From Oscillospiraceae bacterium (GTDB taxonomy: Bacteria; Bacillota; Clostridia; Oscillospirales; Ruminococcaceae), in NCBI GenBank assembly GCA_047973265.1, contig JBKEBS010000060.1, positions 1,604 to 65,603 of the forward strand: DNA of 64,000 bases, read 5' to 3'. Positions 47,660 to 56,743 of this stretch are shown piece by piece. Position 1 is the stretch's first letter. Each line of letters opens with the position of its first letter. The notes under the pieces are model-generated. The model was not told the DNA's origin. It did not search any database and was given only the letters and a program-made list of their open reading frames with translations. Made by a program: the position numbers and the translations under genes.

Positions 47660-49666
47660 TTATTGACCCGGTTTATTGGGGCTCTCGTCGGGGCCGTCTC
47701 CGGAGCGGGAGGAGGAACTGGTGGAAGAACTGCTCGACGGCTTGCTGGAGGATGCCTGGCTGGAAGAGGAAGCGACCGGCGGCGCGGAGGAGGAGACAGT
47801 CGCAGAGGAGCTTACCTCCACTTCTTTGGCAACGTAAATCTGAATTTTTTTGTCGTCGGGGTCAAACTCTTCTCCGGCGGCCGGGGTGGTGGAGATGACC
47901 TGCCCGGGATCGACCGTGTCCGAAATGCGCTCGTACTTGTCAATGCGGACGCTGCGCCCCACCTCTTCGCCCAAACGCATCAGCTCGTCGTAAGCGTCCT
48001 GGTAATCTTCGCCCTTGAAGTCGGGCATGGTGATGGTCTTTGCGCCCTTGCTGACAGTGAGGACAATCCGGGTGCCCGGTGCAACCTTGGTGGCTGCGGC
48101 GACACTCTGCTGGAAGATGGTTCCCTCGGGGTAAACGCGGTCATTTTCTTCCTTTATTTCAAAGACAAAGTTGTCCCGGTATTCGCTGTTTGTCTGCACA
48201 TCCTCCAGCTTCATGCCGGTAAAGGTTGGCACCGTCACCTTTCCGTCATCCTCTTCGCTGCCCTCGCTCTGGGAGGACGAGGAACCGGAGCTGGAAGAGG
48301 ATGATGAGCTGCTCTCATCCTTGCTGCTGCTGTTGCCCAGCACATTCTCGTTGACATAAATGGCGAGGAAAATGCCGCCCATCACAACGCCCACTACCAG
48401 GATCAGCAGGAGTAGCCGGCCGATGATCGGCCCCCAGTTTGGGCCGGGATTGGAGTTGCCGGAGCCGGAGTGGTTGGAGCTGATGGGGCGTTCGTCCTCG
48501 AATTCTTCCGTGTAGCCAAACTCATCGTCGGTTGGGGGCTGTCTGCGGGTGGGTGGTCTCTTGGCGGCTGCCCTTCTGGAAGCGGTCGGCTCCCGGCGGG
48601 GCTGGGAGCGGGTTACGGGTGTCGCAGGGCGGGTGGGGAAAGCGTCGTACTCTCCCGCACCGGGCTCGCGCCCAAAATCGAAGACAGCGGTGCGTGAGCC
48701 GCCGCCATCGTCTAATAATGCAGAGGTGAAGGCGGCCACGGTCTGGGTGCGCTCCTGGGTGCGTGACTGCATGGCGTCGACAACCGCCGCCGAGATGGCG
48801 GGGGTGACGGTGCTGATCAAATCCTCTAGGGGTCGCATGGGAGATTGGGGGGTGATCAGGGTGGACTTGGGCGGCACCACGCCGGAGACCGCCCGGTAAA
48901 AGACGGCAGCCAGTGCGTAGACATCTGTCCAGGTGCCCTGCCAGCCGGTGGAGACATACTGCTCCGGCGCGCTGTAGCCGTTGAAGAGCTCGGCCTGCAG
49001 CTCACTGCCGCCGGTGCGGGTGGCGCTGAGGGAGAACGCGTCCAGGTACATTCTGCCGCGGTCGTTCACCATGATGGTGTAGGGGGAAAGGCCCCTGTGG
49101 ATCACCCCGCGCACGTGGATGTTGTCCACCGCGTTAAAGAGGGGGATGAACAGCTCCATGGCCTCGTCAATGGGAAGCCTGCCCCCGTTATCCACCAGAT
49201 ACTCCTCAAGGGAGATGACCGGGAGGTGCTTGTAGATGGCATAGATGGTGTTGTTCTGCCCCACCACGTTCTCAATGGGGATGACGGGGTCGCTGACGCT
49301 CAGGCGCTTGACCTCGTTGCAGACATCCACGTAGTCGGACATCAGGGCCTTATACTGTGCCCCGAACCCGGTTTCCGGCATGATCATACCGGTTTGGAGC
49401 TCCCGGAAAGAGATGGTGTAGGGGAAATACTCCCGCACCCATACCGGCTGCTGGACGCTGTTGTCATAGCCGATGTAGACCGCGCCCTCGCCGTTGTAGG
49501 ACTGTAGGGCCCCGACCAGATAACGGCTTGCGATGACCGTTCCGGGCGGGAGGTAGTTTTCATCGTATGCGGTGTTGCTGTCGTAGCCGCAGTGGGGGCA
49601 GATTCCCTCCCGTTCCAGGGGGGACATGCAGCCCATGCACAGCAGGTTGTCGTTGTTGTTCATCAT
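47660..49666 (-). CDS. Membrane Hanks-type kinase-fold protein with N-terminal Zn ribbon and two PASTA domains (probable pseudokinase)
   Basis: CMGC...CPHC, kinase fold (SAPEQY, TDVYALA), TM helix and PASTA repeats (VPTFTG, MPDFKG); start chosen from the AGGAAGG SD. Confidence 0.88.
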   Translation of the reverse strand: MMNNNDNLLCMGCMSPLEREGICPHCGYDSNTAYDENYLPPGTVIASRYLVGALQSYNGEGAVYIGYDNSVQQPVWVREYFPYTISFRELQTGMIMPETGFGAQYKALMSDYVDVCNEVKRLSVSDPVIPIENVVGQNNTIYAIYKHLPVISLEEYLVDNGGRLPIDEAMELFIPLFNAVDNIHVRGVIHRGLSPYTIMVNDRGRMYLDAFSLSATRTGGSELQAELFNGYSAPEQYVSTGWQGTWTDVYALAAVFYRAVSGVVPPKSTLITPQSPMRPLEDLISTVTPAISAAVVDAMQSRTQERTQTVAAFTSALLDDGGGSRTAVFDFGREPGAGEYDAFPTRPATPVTRSQPRREPTASRRAAAKRPPTRRQPPTDDEFGYTEEFEDERPISSNHSGSGNSNPGPNWGPIIGRLLLLILVVGVVMGGIFLAIYVNENVLGNSSSKDESSSSSSSSSGSSSSQSEGSEEDDGKVTVPTFTGMKLEDVQTNSEYRDNFVFEIKEENDRVYPEGTIFQQSVAAATKVAPGTRIVLTVSKGAKTITMPDFKGEDYQDAYDELMRLGEEVGRSVRIDKYERISDTVDPGQVISTTPAAGEEFDPDDKKIQIYVAKEVEVSSSATVSSSAPPVASSSSQASSSKPSSSSSTSSSSRSGDGPDESPNKPGQ

Positions 49667-49875
49667 GCGGTGATACAAACCTTCCTTGAAATAGGATTCA
49701 TATAATTCACGGGTCATTCTCAGATACAACTTAACAGTATACACTATACAATTTTTTGCGTAAAGTTGCAAGCAGGGCCGCTGGATTCCGGTCATGTGTG
49801 TGACAACTGCAAAATCGTGCAAAGAAGTTCCCCCATTCGCGAAAAGGATCACGAATGGGGGCTGTATGTACGGCG

Positions 49876-50667
49876 TTAATCAGTATAGCTGTTTTCCGGT
49901 ACAACCGGGAGAAGCGCTCCGCCATCCATATCCAGGCAGGTTCCGGTGATGTAGCCCGCGCTCTCTCCACAGAGGAAGACGCAGGCCCTGCCCACCTCCC
50001 AGGGCTCGCAGAAGCGGCCCAGGGGCAGCTTTGACAGCATTTTCTTCTCCCAGCCCTGATGCTCTGGAGGAGTCTCCCTGATTTTGGTGTATCCGGGCGC
50101 AACTGAAAGCACCCGGATGCCGTGTGGGGCAAGCTCCAAGGCGGCGTTCCGGGTCAGCTTGTTCAGCGCCGCCTTTACGGGGCTGTAGACATTGGCGCGT
50201 GGCCAGTTCCCCGTCTGATGATTTGAGGTGATGTTGATGATGGTTCCCTTAATTCCCTTGTCCACCATAATCCGCGCGGCCCTCTGAGCGCAGAAGAAGG
50301 AGCCCCGGAAGTCGGTGTTGACCACCTGGTCAAAGAGCTCGGGGGTGGTTTCCAGGAAGGGGGAAAAGCGGGTGATTCCCGCATTGTTTACCATTGCATC
50401 CAGACGGTCATAGGCGGCGGAAAACTCCGCGAACATGCGGTCGATGTCCGCCAGCACGCTGATATCTCCCTGAATGATAACGGCTCTGGTGCCCAGCGCC
50501 TCCGCCTCTGCCGCCACTGCCTGCGCGCCCTCCCTGGAGGTGGCGTAATTCAGCGCCAGGTCATAGCCCGCCCTGGCATATTCCAGGGCGATTCCCGCGC
50601 CGATACCTCGGCTGGCGCCGGTGACAAAGGCCACCGGTCGGATCTGTGTGCTGCTTTTCATAGGCAT
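49876..50667 (-). CDS. SDR-family oxidoreductase
   Basis: TGASRGIG, NNAG and YSPVK. Confidence 0.93.
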   Translation of the reverse strand: MPMKSSTQIRPVAFVTGASRGIGAGIALEYARAGYDLALNYATSREGAQAVAAEAEALGTRAVIIQGDISVLADIDRMFAEFSAAYDRLDAMVNNAGITRFSPFLETTPELFDQVVNTDFRGSFFCAQRAARIMVDKGIKGTIINITSNHQTGNWPRANVYSPVKAALNKLTRNAALELAPHGIRVLSVAPGYTKIRETPPEHQGWEKKMLSKLPLGRFCEPWEVGRACVFLCGESAGYITGTCLDMDGGALLPVVPENSYTD

Positions 50668-50689
50668 TCCTGCCTTTCATTTTGATAGA

Positions 50690-51814
50690 TCACCACTCTG
50701 TGAAGGAGCCGTCGTCGTTGTAGTAGCGGGGGGAATCCCAGTCGCCCGGGTAAGCCATCTTCGCCACATACTCCTCGTCCACCTCGATGCCCAGGCCCGG
50801 TGCAGTGGGCAGGTCGATATGACCGTCTTTGATCTTGAAGGGCTCCTTGATATAGCCCTCGCCCAGGCAGACCTGCTCCTGACAGAGGAAGTTGGGAATC
50901 GAGCCCGCCACCTGGAGCCCTGCCGCCAGGGAGATGGGGCCAAGAGGGTTGTGGGGGGCGATCTGCGCGTAGTAGACCTCAGCCATCGCCGCAATCTTGC
51001 GCACTTCTGTGATACCGCCGGCATGGCAGATATCGGGCTGGAGGATCACTGCAGCCTGCTTTTCCAAAATTTCCCGGAAGCCCCAGCGGGTGAAGATGCG
51101 CTCGCCTGTGGCGATGGGAATGCAGGTGGAGCGGGCCACGGTCACAAGAGCGTCCACATTCTCGCACTGGACAGGCTCCTCAACAAAGAGCAGCTTAAAC
51201 TGCTCCAGTTCCCGGATGAGCCGGATGGAGTTGGCCGGGGTGAAGCGGCCGTGGAAGTCCAGAGCCAAGTCCACATGGGCGGGCAGGGCCTCCCGGATGC
51301 GCCCGACCTTTTCCACCGCCTTGTCGATGAACTCCATCGTTTCCAAGGGGCGGACAGGGCCGTCGGCGGGGCCGGTCTTAAAGACCGTGAAGCCCTCTTC
51401 CACCGACTTTTTTGCGTTTGCGATGATCTCATCCAGCGTCTGGCCCTGCATGTGGGCGTAGGTGCGTACCCGCTTCCGGGTGGGGCCGCCCAGCAGCTCG
51501 TACACCGGCACGCCGAAATATTTGCCCTTGATGTCCCACAGGGCCTGGTCGATGCCCGAGATGGCGGAGACCAGCACGGGGCCGCCGCGGTAAAAGGTGC
51601 CACGGTAGAGCTCTGTCCACAGCCGCTCGATCTCCAGGGGGTTTTGGCCGATGAGCACGGGTTCAAGCTCTTTGACGGCCATGGCTACAGTGCGGGCGCG
51701 GCCCTCCACGATGGGCTCGCCCCAGCCGACGATGCCCTCATCGGTGGAGATCTTGAGAAAGTGCCATCTGGGTTTGACAAAAAAGGATTCCATTTTGGTG
51801 ATTTTCATCTGCAA
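50690..51814 (-). CDS. dgoD: Galactonate dehydratase-like enolase-superfamily enzyme
   Basis: GWGEPIVEGR, FYRGGP, DFHGR, EEP, TGER, QPDICHAGGITE and APHNPLGP. Substrate unproven; start is 51814 (TTG) or 51808 (ATG). Confidence 0.82.
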   Translation of the reverse strand: MQMKITKMESFFVKPRWHFLKISTDEGIVGWGEPIVEGRARTVAMAVKELEPVLIGQNPLEIERLWTELYRGTFYRGGPVLVSAISGIDQALWDIKGKYFGVPVYELLGGPTRKRVRTYAHMQGQTLDEIIANAKKSVEEGFTVFKTGPADGPVRPLETMEFIDKAVEKVGRIREALPAHVDLALDFHGRFTPANSIRLIRELEQFKLLFVEEPVQCENVDALVTVARSTCIPIATGERIFTRWGFREILEKQAAVILQPDICHAGGITEVRKIAAMAEVYYAQIAPHNPLGPISLAAGLQVAGSIPNFLCQEQVCLGEGYIKEPFKIKDGHIDLPTAPGLGIEVDEEYVAKMAYPGDWDSPRYYNDDGSFTEW

Positions 51815-51864
51815 TTTCGGCTCTGTGCGGGAGCCTTCCTCCTTCTGTCTATTGCTTGGGTATA

Positions 51865-52020
51865 ATACGAATCACATATTAAAAACAGCTAATCAGCTGT
51901 CGCTCAGAACGTGTTCTTTCCCGGAGTCAAAGCAACAGTTCCAAAAGTATCTGCAAACATCTTCTTTTGACTCTGAGAACACATCGCTCCACTTCTTAGG
52001 TTTTTATTTGAGATTCGTAT
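51865..52020 (-). repeat. Dispersed structured repeat, copy B (longer central stem-loop)
   Basis: Terminal inverted repeats ATACGAATC...GATTCGTAT; aligns to 22382-22486. Confidence 0.8.
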
Positions 52021-52031
52021 AAGCTACCCCT

Positions 52032-52060
52032 TTTATAATGCGGATTCTGCAAACTGTCAA
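52032..52060 (-). promoter_or_regulatory. Sigma-A-type promoter upstream of repeat B and dgoD
   Basis: TTGACA-17 nt-TATAAA on the minus strand. Confidence 0.7.
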
Positions 52061-52119
52061 TAGAGCAGGGCAAACTCGTCCCGCCAAAATGGCAGGACAT
52101 TTTTTGGCTATTGTGCGAA

Positions 52120-52779
52120 TTACTCTTCGTTGTCAGTTTCCGGCGGCAGGTAGATTTTTACCATGCTGCCGTAGGCGCAGGTGGCCAGCAGCGCGGAGGC
52201 CGCCGGGAAGAGAAGGATTATCCCCACCCCGGTGAGCAGGCAGATTAGGAACGCCAGCAGTCCGGCAAAGGCAAACATCAGCGACCAGCCGGGATTGCCC
52301 ACCACCATGAGGAAACCTCTGGCGATCAGCAGGGTGAGCTTGTTCCCGGGCTCCCTGGCCAGGGCGGGCCAGCGGTAGAGGCCCCCCAACAGGTAGAGCA
52401 AATCCGCCAAAAACAGCAGGGCGTAGAGAAACCCCAACGGCAGCGGGAGGCTGCCCTCCAGCAGCGCGAGGATGCACCCGCCCGCCATCACAGCCGCCGC
52501 CAGGTCGGAAAGGCCCATCAGCCAGCCCTTTGCCCCCGCGGTGCGCAGGGAAAAGGCCATAGCCTCCCGCCAGCTCGTCTTGATGGCCCGGTTGCGGTGA
52601 TCCATGTAGTGGTTGAGGGCGAGCCAGGCGGGCCCGATGGTGACCAGAGGCAGACAGGTGAGTAGAAACCAGCAGCTCCCTGCCAGCAGCCCGTTTGGCT
52701 CTTTGCGGATAAAGGTCAGCCAACTGCGGAGCCCCCGGACGTAACGCTCGGACTTTTTCACGGTTTGCGTCGTTGTCAT
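52120..52779 (-). CDS. DUF624/YesL-like membrane protein
   Basis: CLPLVTIGPAWLAL motif; follows sugar ABC permeases. Confidence 0.75.
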   Translation of the reverse strand: MTTTQTVKKSERYVRGLRSWLTFIRKEPNGLLAGSCWFLLTCLPLVTIGPAWLALNHYMDHRNRAIKTSWREAMAFSLRTAGAKGWLMGLSDLAAAVMAGGCILALLEGSLPLPLGFLYALLFLADLLYLLGGLYRWPALAREPGNKLTLLIARGFLMVVGNPGWSLMFAFAGLLAFLICLLTGVGIILLFPAASALLATCAYGSMVKIYLPPETDNEE

Positions 52780-52844
52780 GCTGTTTCACCCTTTACAAAA
52801 CCCAAGAAATCGAGTTGTGAGCTGAAGATTGATTGGCGCTTTTA

Positions 52845-53702
52845 TCAGCCTTTCAGCCCAGTCATGGTAATTCCCTGCACAATGTACTTCTGCGCCAGCA
52901 GGTAGACCAGCATGACCGGTATGGTGGAAAAGGTGAGCAGCACCATGGATTCGTTCCAGGTCGTCATCTTCTGGGAGGCGTAGATGCGGATCATCACCGT
53001 CCATTTGCTGGAATCGGGCAGAAGAATCAGCGGGAAGAGGAACTGGTTGTACACCGCCATGAAGGTGTTGAGGATGACCACCGACAGCACCGGCTTTGAC
53101 AGCGGCATGACAATGCTTGTCAGCACACGCATGCTGCTTGCGCCGTCGATCCGGGCGGACTCCAGCAGGTCGGAGGGCATGCCGTCGAAGAAGCCCTTCA
53201 GCAGGAAGATTGCCCACCCCCAGGCAGAAAAAGCCATGATGAGCGACCAGAAGTTGTTGATCAGGTTCATCCCGAAGAAGTTGCGGAACATCAGATAGGA
53301 GGGAATGGCGATGGCCTGCTCGTTGATCATCATGGTGCCCACGAAGAACAGCAGCACATATTTTGAGTCTCTTGGCTTGAGTTTGGAGAGGGCGTAGGCC
53401 GCCAGAATGGAGATCGTGCACTGAATGAGGATGACGGCAACGCACAAAATCAGCGTGTTCTTAAAGTTGTTCATCAGGTCGTACTTGGCGAACACCTTGG
53501 GCACGTTGTCGAACACCGGCTCCTTTGGAATCAGCGAGGGGATCGCGCTGGTGATCTCCCGGTTGTTCTTGAAAACGCCGGAGACCATCCACAGATAGGG
53601 GAACACCTGCAGCGGAACGCCAATGAGCAGTACCGCGAAGATGACGATGTAGGTGAGCTTCCCCTTTGTCGATTTGAATTCAACCTGTTGCAGTGCGGGC
53701 AT
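52845..53702 (-). CDS. Carbohydrate ABC permease
   Basis: DLLESARIDGAS and QKYIVQGITMTGLKG. Confidence 0.95.
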   Translation of the reverse strand: MPALQQVEFKSTKGKLTYIVIFAVLLIGVPLQVFPYLWMVSGVFKNNREITSAIPSLIPKEPVFDNVPKVFAKYDLMNNFKNTLILCVAVILIQCTISILAAYALSKLKPRDSKYVLLFFVGTMMINEQAIAIPSYLMFRNFFGMNLINNFWSLIMAFSAWGWAIFLLKGFFDGMPSDLLESARIDGASSMRVLTSIVMPLSKPVLSVVILNTFMAVYNQFLFPLILLPDSSKWTVMIRIYASQKMTTWNESMVLLTFSTIPVMLVYLLAQKYIVQGITMTGLKG

Positions 53703-54680
53703 TTATGCGCTCCCTCCCTTCGCCATCCGCCGCTGGAGCTTCCGTTCCTTTTTGCGGCGCTTCTTTTCCGCCTCCGCAGTTTTGTCCCTCTCCAGGCGCA
53801 TCTGTATCACCGTCAAAAGAAATATGACCAGGAAGGCTATGGTCGAAAGGGTGAGCGCATAGCCGTAGTCAAAGAAGGTGTAGGCCTGTTTGTAGGCGTA
53901 TAGCACGATGGTCTCGGTGGAGTTGGCTGGGCCGCCTCCCGTCATGACCTGGACGTTGTCAAAGGAGTTGAAGGCGCCGATGAAGGAGAGCACCAGCATA
54001 GTGGAGATGACAGGCCGTATCTGGGGCACTGAGATGTGCCAGATGCGCTTGAAGAAGCCCGCGCCGTCCAGCAGGGCGGATTCGTGCTGCTCCTCCGGGA
54101 TATCCTGGAGGGCCGCCAGATAGATGAGCATGTTCATGCCGCCGCCCATGACAAGGCCGGGGAACTGCATGCACCATTTGACCAAACTCACATCGTTGAG
54201 CCAGAGCTGTTCCGGCAGGCCAAGGGTGCGCATCAGGAAGTTCGCGAGGCCGTAGTCCGGCTGCCATATGAACTTCCACAGCACCATCATGGCGATGCCC
54301 GGGGCCACCGCAGGGATGTAATACATGGTACGCATGAAGGTCTTGCCCTTGCGCACCTCGTTGATGAGGGTGGCCAAGAAGATGGGCACCCAAAAGTTCA
54401 TCAGCAGGGTGATGAGCAGGAATTCCACGTTGTTTTTCACGGCATTAAAGAAGAAGTTGTCCTTGAATGCCCGAATATAGTTGGTGAAACCGATAAATTC
54501 ACCGGGAAGATTGACGGGGTCGACCTTGAAAAATGATACAAAAACGCCCAAGATGATGGGGTAATACTTAAAGAACGTGAAGCTTATGATGGCGGGAAGC
54601 AGGAAAAACCAGCCCACCATGCCCGCTAAGCTCTTTTTCTTCTTTGTGGGATTGACGGGTTGCGCGACAGCCACATGCAT
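53703..54680 (-). CDS. Carbohydrate ABC permease
   Basis: HESALLDGAG and MTGGGPANST. Confidence 0.95.
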   Translation of the reverse strand: MHVAVAQPVNPTKKKKSLAGMVGWFFLLPAIISFTFFKYYPIILGVFVSFFKVDPVNLPGEFIGFTNYIRAFKDNFFFNAVKNNVEFLLITLLMNFWVPIFLATLINEVRKGKTFMRTMYYIPAVAPGIAMMVLWKFIWQPDYGLANFLMRTLGLPEQLWLNDVSLVKWCMQFPGLVMGGGMNMLIYLAALQDIPEEQHESALLDGAGFFKRIWHISVPQIRPVISTMLVLSFIGAFNSFDNVQVMTGGGPANSTETIVLYAYKQAYTFFDYGYALTLSTIAFLVIFLLTVIQMRLERDKTAEAEKKRRKKERKLQRRMAKGGSA

Positions 54681-54755
54681 AACCTCCCTAATGTTTTTGG
54701 CGGAAAGGGAAGGAGCAACCGAGCAATCAATGTGCCCGGTTGCTCCGCGTTTCTG

Positions 54756-56237
54756 CTATGCGCCGCGTTGGAAGGATTCGGGATACTTTTCGTAGAGAGA
54801 ATCGGCTACGCCGTCCAGAAGCTGCTGCACTTCCTCGCGGGTGATACCCTCTTTCAGGTAGATGGTCTGGAGGGGCCCTGCGATTTCGTTCTTGAGCTCG
54901 TTCCAGTTGGGGCAATAGGGCTCGGGGAGAGCTACTTCCATGGCGGCAGTCAGCTGGTCGGCCCACTCCGCAGGCCAGGAGGTTGCCTTGGAGAGTTTGT
55001 GTTCGGTCAGATCAACGCGGGCGGGAGGATTGCCATTCAGGCGGCCCAGCTCATTTTCCTTGTCCCATTGCTTGTCCAGTCGGCCTTCGTCATAGGTGTA
55101 GGCCTGGATGTACTGCCAGGCGGCTTCCTTCTGCTCCTGGGTTGCATTGGGGGACATCGTCCAGACCTCGCCGCCCGCGAATGCGACACTGCGGCCGCCA
55201 TCATCCTTGGCGGGAAGGGCAAAGAAGCCCATGTCGTTCTGATCCTGGTCAAAGCGGGCCAGATCGTCCACCGAGAAGGACAGGAAGTTGCCCCAGCCGA
55301 AGCAAGCTTGACCGGCCTTGAAGTGGTTCTGCATCTCGTCGTAGGTCTCAAGGACGTCCTTCTGAGTGCAATTGTATTCCCAGATCAGCTGATTCATGAA
55401 GAGGGCGGCATCCACACCGGGATCTTCGTTGAAAGCGATTTTCCAGGTGCCGTCGCCGTTGTCGCGAACCATTTCACCGCCGGCGCTCCACACCCAGGGG
55501 GTGAATGTCCAGGCGTTCCAATCGGAGCCCAGCAACAGGTAACCGAAGCGGGGAACTTCTTTGTCGGTATAGCTCTGGGCCATTTCCGCAAATTCGTTCC
55601 AGGTGGCGGGCAGGTCGGAGGGGTTGCCGCCTGCTTCAGTGATAACTGCTTTGTTGTACATGATGCCGTTGACATAGGGCTGGAAGGGGACGGCATACCA
55701 TTTGCCGTCTTTATCGGTGATGGCGTCGTCGAAGGTGGTGACGACCTTGCCTTCTTTGCGCAGATCCCAGTCCTCCGCGAACTCGCTGATATCGGCAATG
55801 GTGCCGTTGGCGATGCGGGTCTGGATGTCCACATAGGGGAAGATATGGCCCACGGTGGGCTCGTCGCCGGCCATCAGCCACTGGTCATACTGCTGGCGGT
55901 AGTCGGAGCCGGGGGCGAAGCGGGTGAACTCGATCTCCACATTGGGGAGCATTTCCTCAATAGTGGCCTTGTTGAACTCGTACATTTCCCGCTCAGAGTC
56001 GGGGGCGTCGTCCTGGGGGATCTCAATGGTCTTGATCTTGATTTTTTCGCCGGTGGCTGCGGATTCTTCAGAAGCGGGGTCGTCTGTGGAGGCGGGAGCG
56101 TCGGAGCTGGCTGCCTCAGAGGGGGCTGTCTCAGAGGGGGCTGTCTCGCTGGATGAAGAGGTACTGCCGGTGTTGCAGGCTGTGAGCAGCAGACAGGCTA
56201 CCAACAGTAGGGCAAGAATGGTACTCAGCTTTTTCAT
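54756..56237 (-). CDS. Carbohydrate ABC solute-binding lipoprotein
   Basis: AGGAGG SD; MKKL...LTAC lipobox; DGKWYAVP and PATWNE. Confidence 0.92.
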   Translation of the reverse strand: MKKLSTILALLLVACLLLTACNTGSTSSSSETAPSETAPSEAASSDAPASTDDPASEESAATGEKIKIKTIEIPQDDAPDSEREMYEFNKATIEEMLPNVEIEFTRFAPGSDYRQQYDQWLMAGDEPTVGHIFPYVDIQTRIANGTIADISEFAEDWDLRKEGKVVTTFDDAITDKDGKWYAVPFQPYVNGIMYNKAVITEAGGNPSDLPATWNEFAEMAQSYTDKEVPRFGYLLLGSDWNAWTFTPWVWSAGGEMVRDNGDGTWKIAFNEDPGVDAALFMNQLIWEYNCTQKDVLETYDEMQNHFKAGQACFGWGNFLSFSVDDLARFDQDQNDMGFFALPAKDDGGRSVAFAGGEVWTMSPNATQEQKEAAWQYIQAYTYDEGRLDKQWDKENELGRLNGNPPARVDLTEHKLSKATSWPAEWADQLTAAMEVALPEPYCPNWNELKNEIAGPLQTIYLKEGITREEVQQLLDGVADSLYEKYPESFQRGA

Positions 56238-56352
56238 GTACTTTTCCTCCTGACAAAATGAATACTTTGTGACAAGTATTGAGGTGCGTTTTGAGTGCTC
56301 CATAATTTTAGGGAAGGATGCGGTGTCAAAAGCGAATTGTCAATTGCGCATT

Positions 56353-56505
56353 AGGTTCATTTACTGTATATTCGAGGCTAAAAAATACGCTTTTTCACCA
56401 TCAAACTGGTGAAAAAGCGTAAATATCGATTATTTCGTATACTATATATTGCAACAGCAGGCTAAAAATAAACTTTTTCTTGCTTTCTGTACGCTAAATG
56501 AACCT
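56353..56505 (-). promoter_or_regulatory. Nested inverted repeats including a terminator-like hairpin upstream of the SBP gene
   Basis: Perfect 15-bp stem at 56386-56421 followed by a T run on the minus strand; outer 11-bp inverted repeat at 56353-56363 / 56495-56505. Confidence 0.6.
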
Positions 56506-56660
56506 TTAGTGCATGGAAGGAAGTAATCAAAGTGCAGTTTCAATATCAACTACGTATACTACCTTAGCATACGGCAAACAAAAGATCAAGAGTAAATAAA
56601 AAATTTATCCAATTTTTTTCTTATAAACTATTTTTTAATGACAATTATGTCAATGGTAGC

Positions 56661-56701
56661 TTGCCGACATGCACGGGCTATGTTATAATATAGTATACGT
56701 A
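56661..56701 (+). promoter_or_regulatory. Promoter + operator of the GntR-LacI regulator
   Basis: TTGCCG-17 nt-TATAAT (TG extended), then TAGTATACGTA, a box that recurs inverted at 56551 and 56434. Confidence 0.7.
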
Positions 56702-56743
56702 TTATCGCATAGGCGGTATTGCCTTGAGAGGAATGGTTACACG

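Noticed and set aside
56116..56145. Perfect 15-bp duplication TCAGAGGGGGCTGTC
   Set aside because: Encodes SETAP repeats in the low-complexity lipoprotein linker; ordinary.
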